NCBI GenBank assembly: GCA_016839705.1
Contig: JAEOTR010000046.1
Span: 32,001-96,000, forward strand
DNA from: Promethearchaeota archaeon
Lineage (GTDB): Archaea; Asgardarchaeota; Lokiarchaeia; Sigyniarchaeales; SOKP01
Reading direction: 5' to 3'
Length of the DNA: 64,000 bases
Shown here: in pieces, positions 40,574-49,779 of the stretch
How positions within the stretch are numbered: position 1 is the first letter of the stretch
How the letters are laid out: every line of letters begins with the position of its first letter
Made by a program: the position numbers and the translations under genes
Notes under the pieces: model-generated
The model's input: the letters and a program-made list of their open reading frames with translations, nothing else
What the model was told of the DNA's origin: nothing
Database searches by the model: none

Positions 40574-42466
40574 ATGAAAAAATCCTATATTTTAATGACT
40601 TTTTCAATATTAGTTTCTTTCTCAGCAATAGTTACCTCAAATTTTCCAATGCCTTATAAAAATAATATTAATTTCAACCATACTTTTGATACAAACGAAA
40701 TAGGAATATCAGAAGAACCACCTCTTATTATCGGAGTAAGATCTTATTCTAATGAAATTGATCCTCACTACTGTTGGGATCCCTATTCATCTAATATTAT
40801 CGAACAAGCTTGTGAGGGGCTTTTTACTCATAATTACTCAGATGCATCCTCTAATATAATACCTAACCTTGCATCTGATTATGGAACTTGGTCTACTGAT
40901 GGTTTAAATTATACTGTCTCAGTTCGTCAAAATATTACTTTCCATGACGGTACACCTTTTAATGCATCAGCGATTCAATGGAATTATAATAGATTATCTT
41001 ATTTTATGAATATTACAGGTTTAGTACCCTTTTATGAACCAACATCACAATTTACGGTGGTTTACTTATGGTCAGATAATACTCCTATCATTAATAGAAC
41101 TGAGATAATTGATCCTTTCACCATCAAATATGTGTTGAATAAACCATATGCGGCACTTGAAGGTTTATTATGCTTTAGTGGCTCTTTTATGTTATCTCCT
41201 ACATCTACGGATCCAGTTAATTTAATTGAACTTGACACTGGTGGTTTGGTTGGTACCGGTCCCTATGTTTATGAGAGTTATATTGTGGATACAGAAGTGA
41301 CTTTCCAAGCTTATGACAATTATTGGAAAGCGCAACCTGAAATAAATTCATTAATCTTTGCCATTTACCATGATCCCTTAGATTTAAATAATGCTCTTTT
41401 AAATGGAGATATTGATGTGCTAATGAATCCTTTACCGTCTTTTTTAGATGTTTTGAATGCGTCTCCCAATATAAACCTTATAGATCAAGAAGAAAGAAGT
41501 TGGACATCATATTACGTCGGAATGAATAATAATCATATTAACCAAACTTTCAGAGAAGCAATCTCATATGCAATTGACTATGATTATGTAATCAATACCT
41601 TAAAAAATGGTTCAGCAGAAAGACTAAAATCTCCCATTCCAAAAGGAATTCTATATTCTAATTATTCCTTAAATGTTCCTTATCTAAATCTTTCTCATGC
41701 TAGACAAGTAATGAAATCAATGGGATACGGAGTAGGTTTTACAACAGAAATAGAGTGGGAATCAGCAACTTTTGCAACTTTTAATTATACATATTTTAAT
41801 TATAGTTCAGTCTTAAAGTCAATCGCTCCATTATTAATGAACAACCTATCTAAAATTGGAATTCAGATAGAGGATGCAGCTCTTGATAGTTGGTTTGAAT
41901 ATCTTATGATGTTAGTAAATGAACCACCATGGGACCGAGATATGCTACAATTATTTATGGTTGGATGGGTTCCAGATTTTAATGATCCCAGTCAACTATT
42001 CAATGTGTTATTCAACAACCGGACAAGTTCAAATCTCTTTAATTTTGCTCAATATAATGGTGGATATGGTGGGTTTGAACCATATGATAAGGATAATGAT
42101 GTACAACTCCTCATGGAATCCGCTCTTGAAATAACCGATAAAGATGAGAGAAAACAAATTTATATCAAGATTCAGAAACTAATGATAGAAAGAGATTTTC
42201 CTGTTGCATGGATGTTTACCCCAAAAGTATATATGGCATATAATAATAAATTAGACGGTCTTCAAGAACACACTTTTTGTAATGTCGATGAGGATGATAA
42301 AGCTTCTTTAAAAGGAGATATTACATATTTAAAATGGAAGCCTGATCTCATAAGCGGAGGCCCTGGGCCATCAATACCGGGTTACTCCCCCATGATATTC
42401 AGTATATTTTTCTTAATATATCTCTCAATAATCTTGAGAAAGAATAAAAAAACTAAAAATAGCTAA
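40574..42466 (+). CDS. ABC transporter substrate-binding protein (family 5) with C-terminal sorting signal
   Basis: PNLA, TFHDGTPFNA, GTGPY, FREAISYAID, GWVPDFNDP; ends IPGY + TM helix + basic tail. Confidence 0.9.
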   Translation: MKKSYILMTFSILVSFSAIVTSNFPMPYKNNINFNHTFDTNEIGISEEPPLIIGVRSYSNEIDPHYCWDPYSSNIIEQACEGLFTHNYSDASSNIIPNLASDYGTWSTDGLNYTVSVRQNITFHDGTPFNASAIQWNYNRLSYFMNITGLVPFYEPTSQFTVVYLWSDNTPIINRTEIIDPFTIKYVLNKPYAALEGLLCFSGSFMLSPTSTDPVNLIELDTGGLVGTGPYVYESYIVDTEVTFQAYDNYWKAQPEINSLIFAIYHDPLDLNNALLNGDIDVLMNPLPSFLDVLNASPNINLIDQEERSWTSYYVGMNNNHINQTFREAISYAIDYDYVINTLKNGSAERLKSPIPKGILYSNYSLNVPYLNLSHARQVMKSMGYGVGFTTEIEWESATFATFNYTYFNYSSVLKSIAPLLMNNLSKIGIQIEDAALDSWFEYLMMLVNEPPWDRDMLQLFMVGWVPDFNDPSQLFNVLFNNRTSSNLFNFAQYNGGYGGFEPYDKDNDVQLLMESALEITDKDERKQIYIKIQKLMIERDFPVAWMFTPKVYMAYNNKLDGLQEHTFCNVDEDDKASLKGDITYLKWKPDLISGGPGPSIPGYSPMIFSIFFLIYLSIILRKNKKTKNS

Positions 42467-42505
42467 ATTTTTTTTTATTTTTATTTAAAAAATCCTTTTT
42501 TTTGA
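42467..42505. terminator. T-rich tract between convergent genes (candidate archaeal intrinsic terminator)
   Basis: T9 and T8 runs plus A-runs between the SBP and Rab-like gene stops. Confidence 0.4.
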
Positions 42506-42512
42506 AAATCAT

Positions 42513-43055
42513 TTAACCCTTTCCTTCAGTCATCTTTTGGGCAATAAAATCGAAAATATCCTCTACTTTATCTCCTGTTTTAGAAGAACATTCAAAATAT
42601 CCTTTTAATCCAAAAGTCCTAGACAATTCCTCGGCTTCCTCAGAGGGTACAGATCTTTTATCCTCAAGATCTATTTTGCCTCCTACCATAATTATAGGGA
42701 TTTTAACTTCTTCTTCTGATATAAAATATTCGAAAATGGATAACCAATCTCTTATTTGGCCAAGGCTAGAAAATCGGGTTGTGTCATACATAAATATCCC
42801 CCCATCTGCTCCTTTTGCAAAAGCGGGAAGTAGAACTCGGAAACGGTCTTCACCAGCAAAATCCCATATTCGAAGGGTTATATATCTACCATCTATATTT
42901 AGGTTTTTAACACTGAAATCAGCACCTATCGTCATTTTAATGTCTTCCTCGAATACTCCTGTGGAGAATCTTCTGATTAATGTTGTTTTACCTACACCAC
43001 CATCACCGAAGACGCAAACCTTAAATGCCAGTTTCTGTTCGATTTTCAACACCAA
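42513..43055 (-). CDS. Rab-like small GTPase
   Basis: GDGGVGKTT, MTIGADF, WDFAGEDRF, GKID, ECSSK; no C-terminal Cys prenylation motif. Confidence 0.92.
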   Translation of the reverse strand: MVLKIEQKLAFKVCVFGDGGVGKTTLIRRFSTGVFEEDIKMTIGADFSVKNLNIDGRYITLRIWDFAGEDRFRVLLPAFAKGADGGIFMYDTTRFSSLGQIRDWLSIFEYFISEEEVKIPIIMVGGKIDLEDKRSVPSEEAEELSRTFGLKGYFECSSKTGDKVEDIFDFIAQKMTEGKG

Positions 43056-43125
43056 ATTTTCAATTAACCAAATTAAATACTATATGTAAATAATAACTTT
43101 TAAATCAAAATAAATTCAATTGTTA

Positions 43126-43557
43126 TTACTTAATAACATCAGTTATAAAACAAGTTTCAATTATTTTAATCCCCTCTATCTGAGAGATTTTTTCTTCGAT
43201 AAGAGGATTAAATTTATCTATTGAAGGGATATCAACTTTCATTAACAATCCACAATCACCAGATAAACGCCAAATGTTCTTTATTTCTTCAATAGATCTC
43301 AAATCCCTTAGAATTCGTTTAATATCTTTAAAATCAGGAACTGCTTTTATTGTAGCACTTATAGATCGCTTAGTATCTATATCATATTCGATTGTGAAAC
43401 GCGTTATAAAATCCTCATCTATAAGTCTTTTAACTCGTCTTCTTACAGTAGCTTCAGTTTTATCAATCCTTTGGCTGATTTCATTAAAGGATATTCTACT
43501 GTTGGTTTTTAGTTCTTCTATAATTTTAAGATCTATTAAATCTAATTTTTTTGGCAA
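43126..43557 (-). CDS. Lrp/AsnC-family transcriptional regulator
   Basis: LDLIDLKII..L..NSRISF.EI...TVRRRVKRL, RAM domain with SGD. Confidence 0.92.
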   Translation of the reverse strand: MPKKLDLIDLKIIEELKTNSRISFNEISQRIDKTEATVRRRVKRLIDEDFITRFTIEYDIDTKRSISATIKAVPDFKDIKRILRDLRSIEEIKNIWRLSGDCGLLMKVDIPSIDKFNPLIEEKISQIEGIKIIETCFITDVIK

Positions 43558-43622
43558 TTTATCACAAATCTAGTAAATAATTTCTTAAACCATTTAAATT
43601 AGTTATAAATTGTGATAAATTG
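43555..43622. promoter_or_regulatory. 13-bp perfect inverted repeat around the Lrp promoter/start
   Basis: CAATTTATCACAA (43555-43567) and TTGTGATAAATTG (43610-43622), 42 bp spacer. Confidence 0.5.
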
Positions 43623-43729
43623 TTTATTAAATTATTTTTTTGCATCAAAATGATAAGGTTTTTCTGCAATTCTATGAAAAAAAATTGATACTTTTTTGTA
43701 TTTTCATAAAGAGGGAAAAAAGAACAAAA

Positions 43730-44017
43730 TTAAGATTGTAAATATTTCTTGAGATCAATAAATAAAGTTTTTTCTATTTCATCCTTATGTTTAATTGAGA
43801 CTTTTAAAAGCTCACCCTCAATTGACGCATTAATTAATTTTATGTCTCCTAAGTTATCAACCTTTTCTTCGACATCTATTTTACTATTGGATTTTGATTT
43901 TAAACATGTGTTATATTCGTCATAGAGAAAACAATTTTCGCAACAAAAACCAACTGGCATATAACCAACAATCGAACATCTGTCGAAAAAGTCGCAATTA
44001 CAATTCTTACACATCAT
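43730..44017 (-). CDS. Small Cys-rich hypothetical protein
   Basis: Eight Cys in the first 39 residues (CKNCNC...C...CCENC...C). Confidence 0.6.
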   Translation of the reverse strand: MMCKNCNCDFFDRCSIVGYMPVGFCCENCFLYDEYNTCLKSKSNSKIDVEEKVDNLGDIKLINASIEGELLKVSIKHKDEIEKTLFIDLKKYLQS

Positions 44018-44314
44018 GTTAGTATTAGATTTGTTAATATTTAAATCTGAACATTAATTATGGAAAATTGAACACAATTACTCAAATTATCTATTCAAAT
44101 TATTAAATTCAATCATTATAATTAAGATATTCAATCAAAATCAAAATTTTGAGAAATTGAATGATGAATCATTTATCAAAATGAATAGAATAATCAAGAA
44201 AACTTATTGAAGAAGCAATATTAAGATTACACTCGTCTACGCTCAACACTCCCACGAGGCATTCCAAGGGGTTCAACTGAATATAATAAGTGTTATGTTT
44301 TGCTTAATATTAAA

Positions 44315-45205
44315 TCAAATAAGCGCAGACATATCTTTGATCTTTTGGGCGATTTTCATTATTCTCTTGACTTTCTCTTTGTCCTCATAATCCAACTTTC
44401 CTATTAATTTATTTGCTTTATTAAAGAGTGTATCTTTTTTAATCCACACTTTAAAGGCTAATTTATCGTCTTTTTGTAAAAAGGCATCCATAACTTCATT
44501 GAAATATTGTTGGATTTCTTTGTAATAGTCTAGCACATTCTCAATTAAACGGAGGTCTTTCAATAGTTCAGCTAGCTCAACTATTTTTTCAGAAAACATA
44601 CGGTAATCCATTGCTTTAAGAGGAGTAAATTCACTTGTAGACGAAACATATATTCCTGTTCTAAGATATGTTCTAATATGAATGACTAATATGAAATAAA
44701 ATTTTCTTAATTGCTCGAAATTATCATCTAAATCATTGAATGATTTTTGTTCTAAATCCTCAAACATATTTGCTACTAAATATAACAAACGCTGGATTAA
44801 CTTTTTAGTGGGAATTTCTTTATACCCAAAATTTTGAATAATCATTTTTTGGTTAGTTTCTTCGATAACCTCGGTGTTTGGGAGTCTATTGACATATTGC
44901 CTAACACTTTTTCTTAAAATTTTACTAATTTCTTTTTCAGATAATATGGTAATCTTAGTTTCACCTGCAAAACTCTTCTTTAATAATTCCCAGATTACAT
45001 TCTCGTTTGCTTCTAAAACACTCTCATCTTCTATGATCTCGTCTTCTGGTTCAATTGTTGGCATTATTGATAAGGTCCCATCATTTCGAACTTCGATGCC
45101 AATTGATGAGCCTGCATTTAATTGATAATTTTCAGTCCATTTTTTAGGAAGGCTGATAACTAATGAACCCCCTATTTTTTGCAATTTTCGATAAATTCTT
45201 CCCAT
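44315..45205 (-). CDS. AbrB-PhoU-type (phosphate uptake) regulator
   Basis: N-terminal RKLQKIGGSLVISLPKKW (AbrB/MazE fold) followed by helical PhoU-like region. Confidence 0.82.
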   Translation of the reverse strand: MGRIYRKLQKIGGSLVISLPKKWTENYQLNAGSSIGIEVRNDGTLSIMPTIEPEDEIIEDESVLEANENVIWELLKKSFAGETKITILSEKEISKILRKSVRQYVNRLPNTEVIEETNQKMIIQNFGYKEIPTKKLIQRLLYLVANMFEDLEQKSFNDLDDNFEQLRKFYFILVIHIRTYLRTGIYVSSTSEFTPLKAMDYRMFSEKIVELAELLKDLRLIENVLDYYKEIQQYFNEVMDAFLQKDDKLAFKVWIKKDTLFNKANKLIGKLDYEDKEKVKRIMKIAQKIKDMSALI

Positions 45206-45908
45206 AATTATAAAATAAATTAGTACAATTTATACTTTTCTATTCTGTATATATATTTTATACCATCTATTTATACATGAATTTATATATTTACATCTTA
45301 GAACCCAATTAAAATCAAATTTTTGACAATGAATGTAAAAAAAAAAATAGAAGGAAAATTAGGGAGGGAAAATGACTCAATTGAATTTTGGGAATTATTT
45401 ATAATTATATTGAAACTAAGTTTCACACGCAGAAAAAAAGACATTGAAGAAGCTAAAAAACAATATGAACTATATAAAAATCTAAATCCTAAATACTTTG
45501 AAAATGTAATCACATTAAAAGAAGCCAAGCTTAAAGTAGATTCGTCAGATATAATTTATAGTTCTAAATACAATATTTTTAGGTCTTACTAAAATAAAAA
45601 TAGATAAAGAGAATAATAAATGGCAGAAATATAGCTTAAAATCAGAATATACTAAGAGATATTCGGAATCTATTAATAATAATTTATCAAAATTTACGAA
45701 AAAACACATTAAAAAATGCAAACTATTAACGAAATCAATCACTTTCAGAGAAAAGATAGACCCAATTACGACACAAAAATCTCACTGATAATATATAATC
45801 TTCTGAGGGGATTTTAATTTAGGAATATTCTAATAAATTTTTTAACATTTCTTAAATTTGCATAACCAATTATAGCAAGTAAATAAAATTATTGATATTT
45901 TTGTCAAG

Positions 45909-46406
45909 ATGAGTACAATAAATTACGAATTCAGAAATGAAGTTTTAAAGTATAACGCCTCATTGAGCTATTGCTATCAATGTAGCACTTGTAGTGGTGG
46001 CTGTCCAGTTGCTTTACTCACAAACGGCAAATATAATCCTAGGAAAATAATTGAAGAAGCAATCTTAGGACTGCACGATAAATTAGTTGAAAAACAAGAA
46101 CCAAATTCATGGTTATGTTCAACGTGTCAAAAGTGTGTAGAATTATGTCCACAAAAAGTTGAACTCACTGAAATTTTCACCTTGATAAAGAACTTATGCT
46201 TCGAAAGTGGAAAAGTACCTGATGCTTTTATAGCGCAAGGTCGGTCGGTGTTAGAAAATGGAGTTGCAATTCCTTATTCTAAAGCGATTTTAACCCGTCG
46301 TGAAAAATTAGGTCTTCCTGTTATTAAAACGGCTCAGATTGATGAGATTAAAACAATCCTAAAGGAAACCGAGTTTGATAACCACATTCCCAAGGAGGTA
46401 GAATAA
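45909..46406 (+). CDS. hdrC: Heterodisulfide reductase subunit C
   Basis: CYQCSTCSGGCP, WLCSTCQKCVELCP. Confidence 0.92.
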   Translation: MSTINYEFRNEVLKYNASLSYCYQCSTCSGGCPVALLTNGKYNPRKIIEEAILGLHDKLVEKQEPNSWLCSTCQKCVELCPQKVELTEIFTLIKNLCFESGKVPDAFIAQGRSVLENGVAIPYSKAILTRREKLGLPVIKTAQIDEIKTILKETEFDNHIPKEVE

Positions 46407-46407
46407 C

Positions 46408-47283
46408 ATGGTATACGATCTATTTTTAGGATGTGTAATTCCTGCAAGATTACCTTATTTAGAAACATCTTCCAGAAAAGTTTTTGAAAAACTTGGTATA
46501 AAACTAAATGATGTTGACGGATTTAGTTGCTGTCCAGATCCTACTGGAATTGAACTTATTGATCACAAATCTTGGTTAGCTTTAGGTGCGAGAAATTTAA
46601 GTTTATGTAATAAAAATGGTGGTGTAATCTCCTTTTGCTCTGGCTGTGTAGAAACATTAAAGGGAGTTAATTATGCCATCAACAACGATCCTCATGCAAA
46701 AGAAGAAGTAAATAAGGTTTTAAAGAAAGTTGGAAAATCCTACGATGGTAATGTTGATGTAAAGCATTTTGCTCAAGTGCTTTATGAATATATGGATAAG
46801 ATTAAAGCTTATATAGAAAAACCGTTAGAAGGATTCAAGGTTGCTGTACATTATGGATGCCACTATTTAAGACCATCCGAGATAATTAACTGGGATGATC
46901 CGTTTGAACCAAAAACCATAGATGAAATCGTTAGAGCACTTGGGGCTGAATCAGTTGAATATGAAATGAAAATGGAATGTTGCGGGAATCCTGTAGATAA
47001 ATCTGATAAAGACTTATCATTATTAATGATTGATCAGAAGCTTAATGCTATCCAAAAAGCAGGAGCAAATTGTGTTGTAGTTGTGTGCCCTGCGTGCTAT
47101 CAACAATATGAATTTAACCAGAGAGAATTAAATAAGAAAAATGATTCAACTTATGAATTTCCTATATTTTACTTGTCAGAATTAGTAGCTTTAGCATTAG
47201 GATTTAAACCAGAAGAATTAGGGTTTAATTTTCATAGAATTAGACCAAGCAAATTATTTGAGAGTATTGATTTTACTCCTTAA
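46408..47283 (+). CDS. hdrB: Heterodisulfide reductase subunit B
   Basis: FLGC, FSCCP, HYGCH, CCG, CPAC (two CCG domains). Confidence 0.93.
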   Translation: MVYDLFLGCVIPARLPYLETSSRKVFEKLGIKLNDVDGFSCCPDPTGIELIDHKSWLALGARNLSLCNKNGGVISFCSGCVETLKGVNYAINNDPHAKEEVNKVLKKVGKSYDGNVDVKHFAQVLYEYMDKIKAYIEKPLEGFKVAVHYGCHYLRPSEIINWDDPFEPKTIDEIVRALGAESVEYEMKMECCGNPVDKSDKDLSLLMIDQKLNAIQKAGANCVVVVCPACYQQYEFNQRELNKKNDSTYEFPIFYLSELVALALGFKPEELGFNFHRIRPSKLFESIDFTP

Positions 47284-47333
47284 ATTTTTAATGTAACGAA
47301 TTTAAAAAAAAATAATAAACGATTTGAAATAAT

Positions 47334-48458
47334 ATGACAGAAGTAAAGCCCAAAAAAACGGTATTAAAGGATGTTAAAATTTTCAAGAATCTTGAAGATG
47401 AGATTATCAAAACTAATAAATGCTGCGCATGCGGTGCATGTGTGGCCTATTGTAATTCACAAGGTTTTGATGTTATTAAAATGGAGGGATATACTCCTCA
47501 ATTTATATCTAATGCGAATGTAGATAACTGTAAGGAATGTGGTCTCTGTTATTATATTTGCCCTCAGACTTTACCTTTAATGAAAGAAATAAACGAAGAA
47601 TATCGCATTAAAGATGAACTTGGATATATTCGACTTGTAATCGCAGCGAAAACAACAGATGAGAAAATAAAAGAAATAGGACAAGATGGGGGGATGGTAA
47701 CCACTCTCTTGACATATCTTTTTGATAAAAATAAAATAGATGCTGCGCTAATATCTGAATATGATGAGAAATTAAAACCAATTCCAAAAATCATCTATAA
47801 CAAAGAAGAATTATTAAAATCTTCTGGAACGCGATATTCCATATCATCGAATATTTTGCCATTGCAGAATCTTTATAGCATAGCAGAAGATATAGTAGAC
47901 AAACACCATCAAATTTATGATATCAATCAGATTCGCATGGCTTTTGTTGGAACTCCCTGTCAATGTAGGGCCGTGCGAAAAATGCAATTTTTAAATATTA
48001 GCCCGAGTCACGTTATTAAATATGTATTTGGCTTATTTTGTATGGAAAATTTTGACTATGAAAAGTTATTCCAGTTAGTGAAAAAGGAGACTAATGAAGA
48101 CCCTTCAAATATAGCCAAGATGAATATTAAAAAGAATTTTTTCATAACTAATAAAGAAAATAAAGTATATGAAGTCGAACTGAAGAAGTTTGACGATGCT
48201 GTGAGAAATCATTGCCATGAATGTGATGAATTCACAAGTAGATTTGCAGATATAAGCTTTGGGGGTTCCGGGGCGGTTCAGCAAAATTCAATGGTAGTGA
48301 TTCGTACAGAAAAAGGTCAAGATTTAATCAGAAATGCAATTATAGCAGGATATATTAATAAATTTACTCCTAAAAAATCTACAATCGACGAATGGAGAGC
48401 TAGTAAAATAGATTTGCTTAAAAGAATGACAAATAATAAAATTAAAAAATCTAAATAG
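47334..48458 (+). CDS. Coenzyme F420-binding FrhB/FdhB/FpoF-family subunit with N-terminal ferredoxin
   Basis: CCACGAC, CKECGLCYYICP, GQDGGMVT, SGTRY, VGTPCQ, GLFCMENF, CHEC, ADIS.G. Confidence 0.88.
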   Translation: MTEVKPKKTVLKDVKIFKNLEDEIIKTNKCCACGACVAYCNSQGFDVIKMEGYTPQFISNANVDNCKECGLCYYICPQTLPLMKEINEEYRIKDELGYIRLVIAAKTTDEKIKEIGQDGGMVTTLLTYLFDKNKIDAALISEYDEKLKPIPKIIYNKEELLKSSGTRYSISSNILPLQNLYSIAEDIVDKHHQIYDINQIRMAFVGTPCQCRAVRKMQFLNISPSHVIKYVFGLFCMENFDYEKLFQLVKKETNEDPSNIAKMNIKKNFFITNKENKVYEVELKKFDDAVRNHCHECDEFTSRFADISFGGSGAVQQNSMVVIRTEKGQDLIRNAIIAGYINKFTPKKSTIDEWRASKIDLLKRMTNNKIKKSK

Positions 48459-49772
48459 GTGAAAAAATTGGGAGAAGATTCAAAATCAGTTGTTATTATT
48501 GGAGCTGGAATAGCTGGTATTCAAGCAGCTTTAGATTTAGGGGATATGGGAATACAGGTACACCTTGTTGAGAAACAACCATGTATTGGAGGTAGAATGG
48601 CTCAATTGGACAAAACCTTCCCTACGCTTGACTGCAGTATATGTATTCTGGCACCGAAGCTTTCTGAATGTTATAGACATCCTAACATTACACTCCATAC
48701 CCTTTCGGAAGTTCAAAAAATAAAAGGGACCGTAGGAGACTTTACTGTTGATGTTTTAAAACATGCAAGGTATGTGAAGGAGGACGTCTGTACAAATTGT
48801 GGTGACTGCGCTGAAATATGTCCAGTTCGAGGAATTACAAATTTCTTTGATGCTGATTTAGCTACTCAATCAGCTGCACAAATAGCCTTTCCTGCAGCGG
48901 TTCCTGCTGTTTATCGTATTGATCCAAGCAAATGTTTATACTTAAATTATGAGATTTGCGGATTATGTTATCAGAACTGTGGTGCGGATGCGATTGATTT
49001 CACACAGAAAGATTCACTGCTTAGCTTAGATAATGTTGGAGCAATTATAGTTGCTACCGGTCTGGATTTAGCAGAAGATATTCATACTTTAAATATCTAT
49101 GGATATCAAAAATATGATAATGTAATTACAGCAATGGAACTTGAAAGATTAATATGTGCTTCAGGTCCCCAAGCGGGTCATCTAGCAAGATTAACTGATG
49201 GAAAACACCCACATAAAATTGCTTTCCTTCAATGTATAGATTCAAGGTCTTCAAGAGGACAGTTATATTGTTCATCAATCTGTTGCATGTATACAACAAA
49301 AGAAGCTATGATTGCCTATGAACATGATAATGAGTTAGAATCTTATGTCTTTTATATCGATATGAGAGCTGGAGGTAAAGGTTTTCAAAAGTTTCTGCGA
49401 AGGGGAGCTAAAGAATATAATATAAAATATATAAAAAGTAAAATTTCTCATATAGAAGTTGATGAGAGTGATAATCCTATAATTACGTATGAAGATTATG
49501 AAACATCTGAAATAAAACAATTAAAAGTAGATTTAGTGGTGTTAGCAACTTGTATTATCCCATCATTAGGGATTAATAAATTGGCAGATGTATTAGGTAT
49601 TGAATTAAATCATTATGACTATGTGAAAACAAATCCATTTTTACCGGTTGAGACAAGTGTAGAAGGAATCTATACATGTGGTTGCGCTCGTGAACCAATG
49701 GATATTCCTCGCTCTGTTGCTGAAGCTAGTGGAGCAGCAGCACGAGCAGCTGAGGTAATTAAAGGAGGTTAA
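48459..49772 (+). CDS. hdrA: HdrA-like flavoprotein, N-terminal half
   Basis: IGAGIAG, IGGRMAQLDKTFPTLDC, ferredoxin insert, YCSSICCMY, PMDIPRSVAEASGAA. Confidence 0.88.
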   Translation: MKKLGEDSKSVVIIGAGIAGIQAALDLGDMGIQVHLVEKQPCIGGRMAQLDKTFPTLDCSICILAPKLSECYRHPNITLHTLSEVQKIKGTVGDFTVDVLKHARYVKEDVCTNCGDCAEICPVRGITNFFDADLATQSAAQIAFPAAVPAVYRIDPSKCLYLNYEICGLCYQNCGADAIDFTQKDSLLSLDNVGAIIVATGLDLAEDIHTLNIYGYQKYDNVITAMELERLICASGPQAGHLARLTDGKHPHKIAFLQCIDSRSSRGQLYCSSICCMYTTKEAMIAYEHDNELESYVFYIDMRAGGKGFQKFLRRGAKEYNIKYIKSKISHIEVDESDNPIITYEDYETSEIKQLKVDLVVLATCIIPSLGINKLADVLGIELNHYDYVKTNPFLPVETSVEGIYTCGCAREPMDIPRSVAEASGAAARAAEVIKGG

Positions 49773-49779
49773 GATTAAA

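Noticed and set aside
45298-45790. Short K-rich ORFs (45323-45592 and a shifted continuation) as a gene or transposase remnant
   Set aside because: No recognisable motif, no terminal inverted repeats, very AT-rich; cannot be supported
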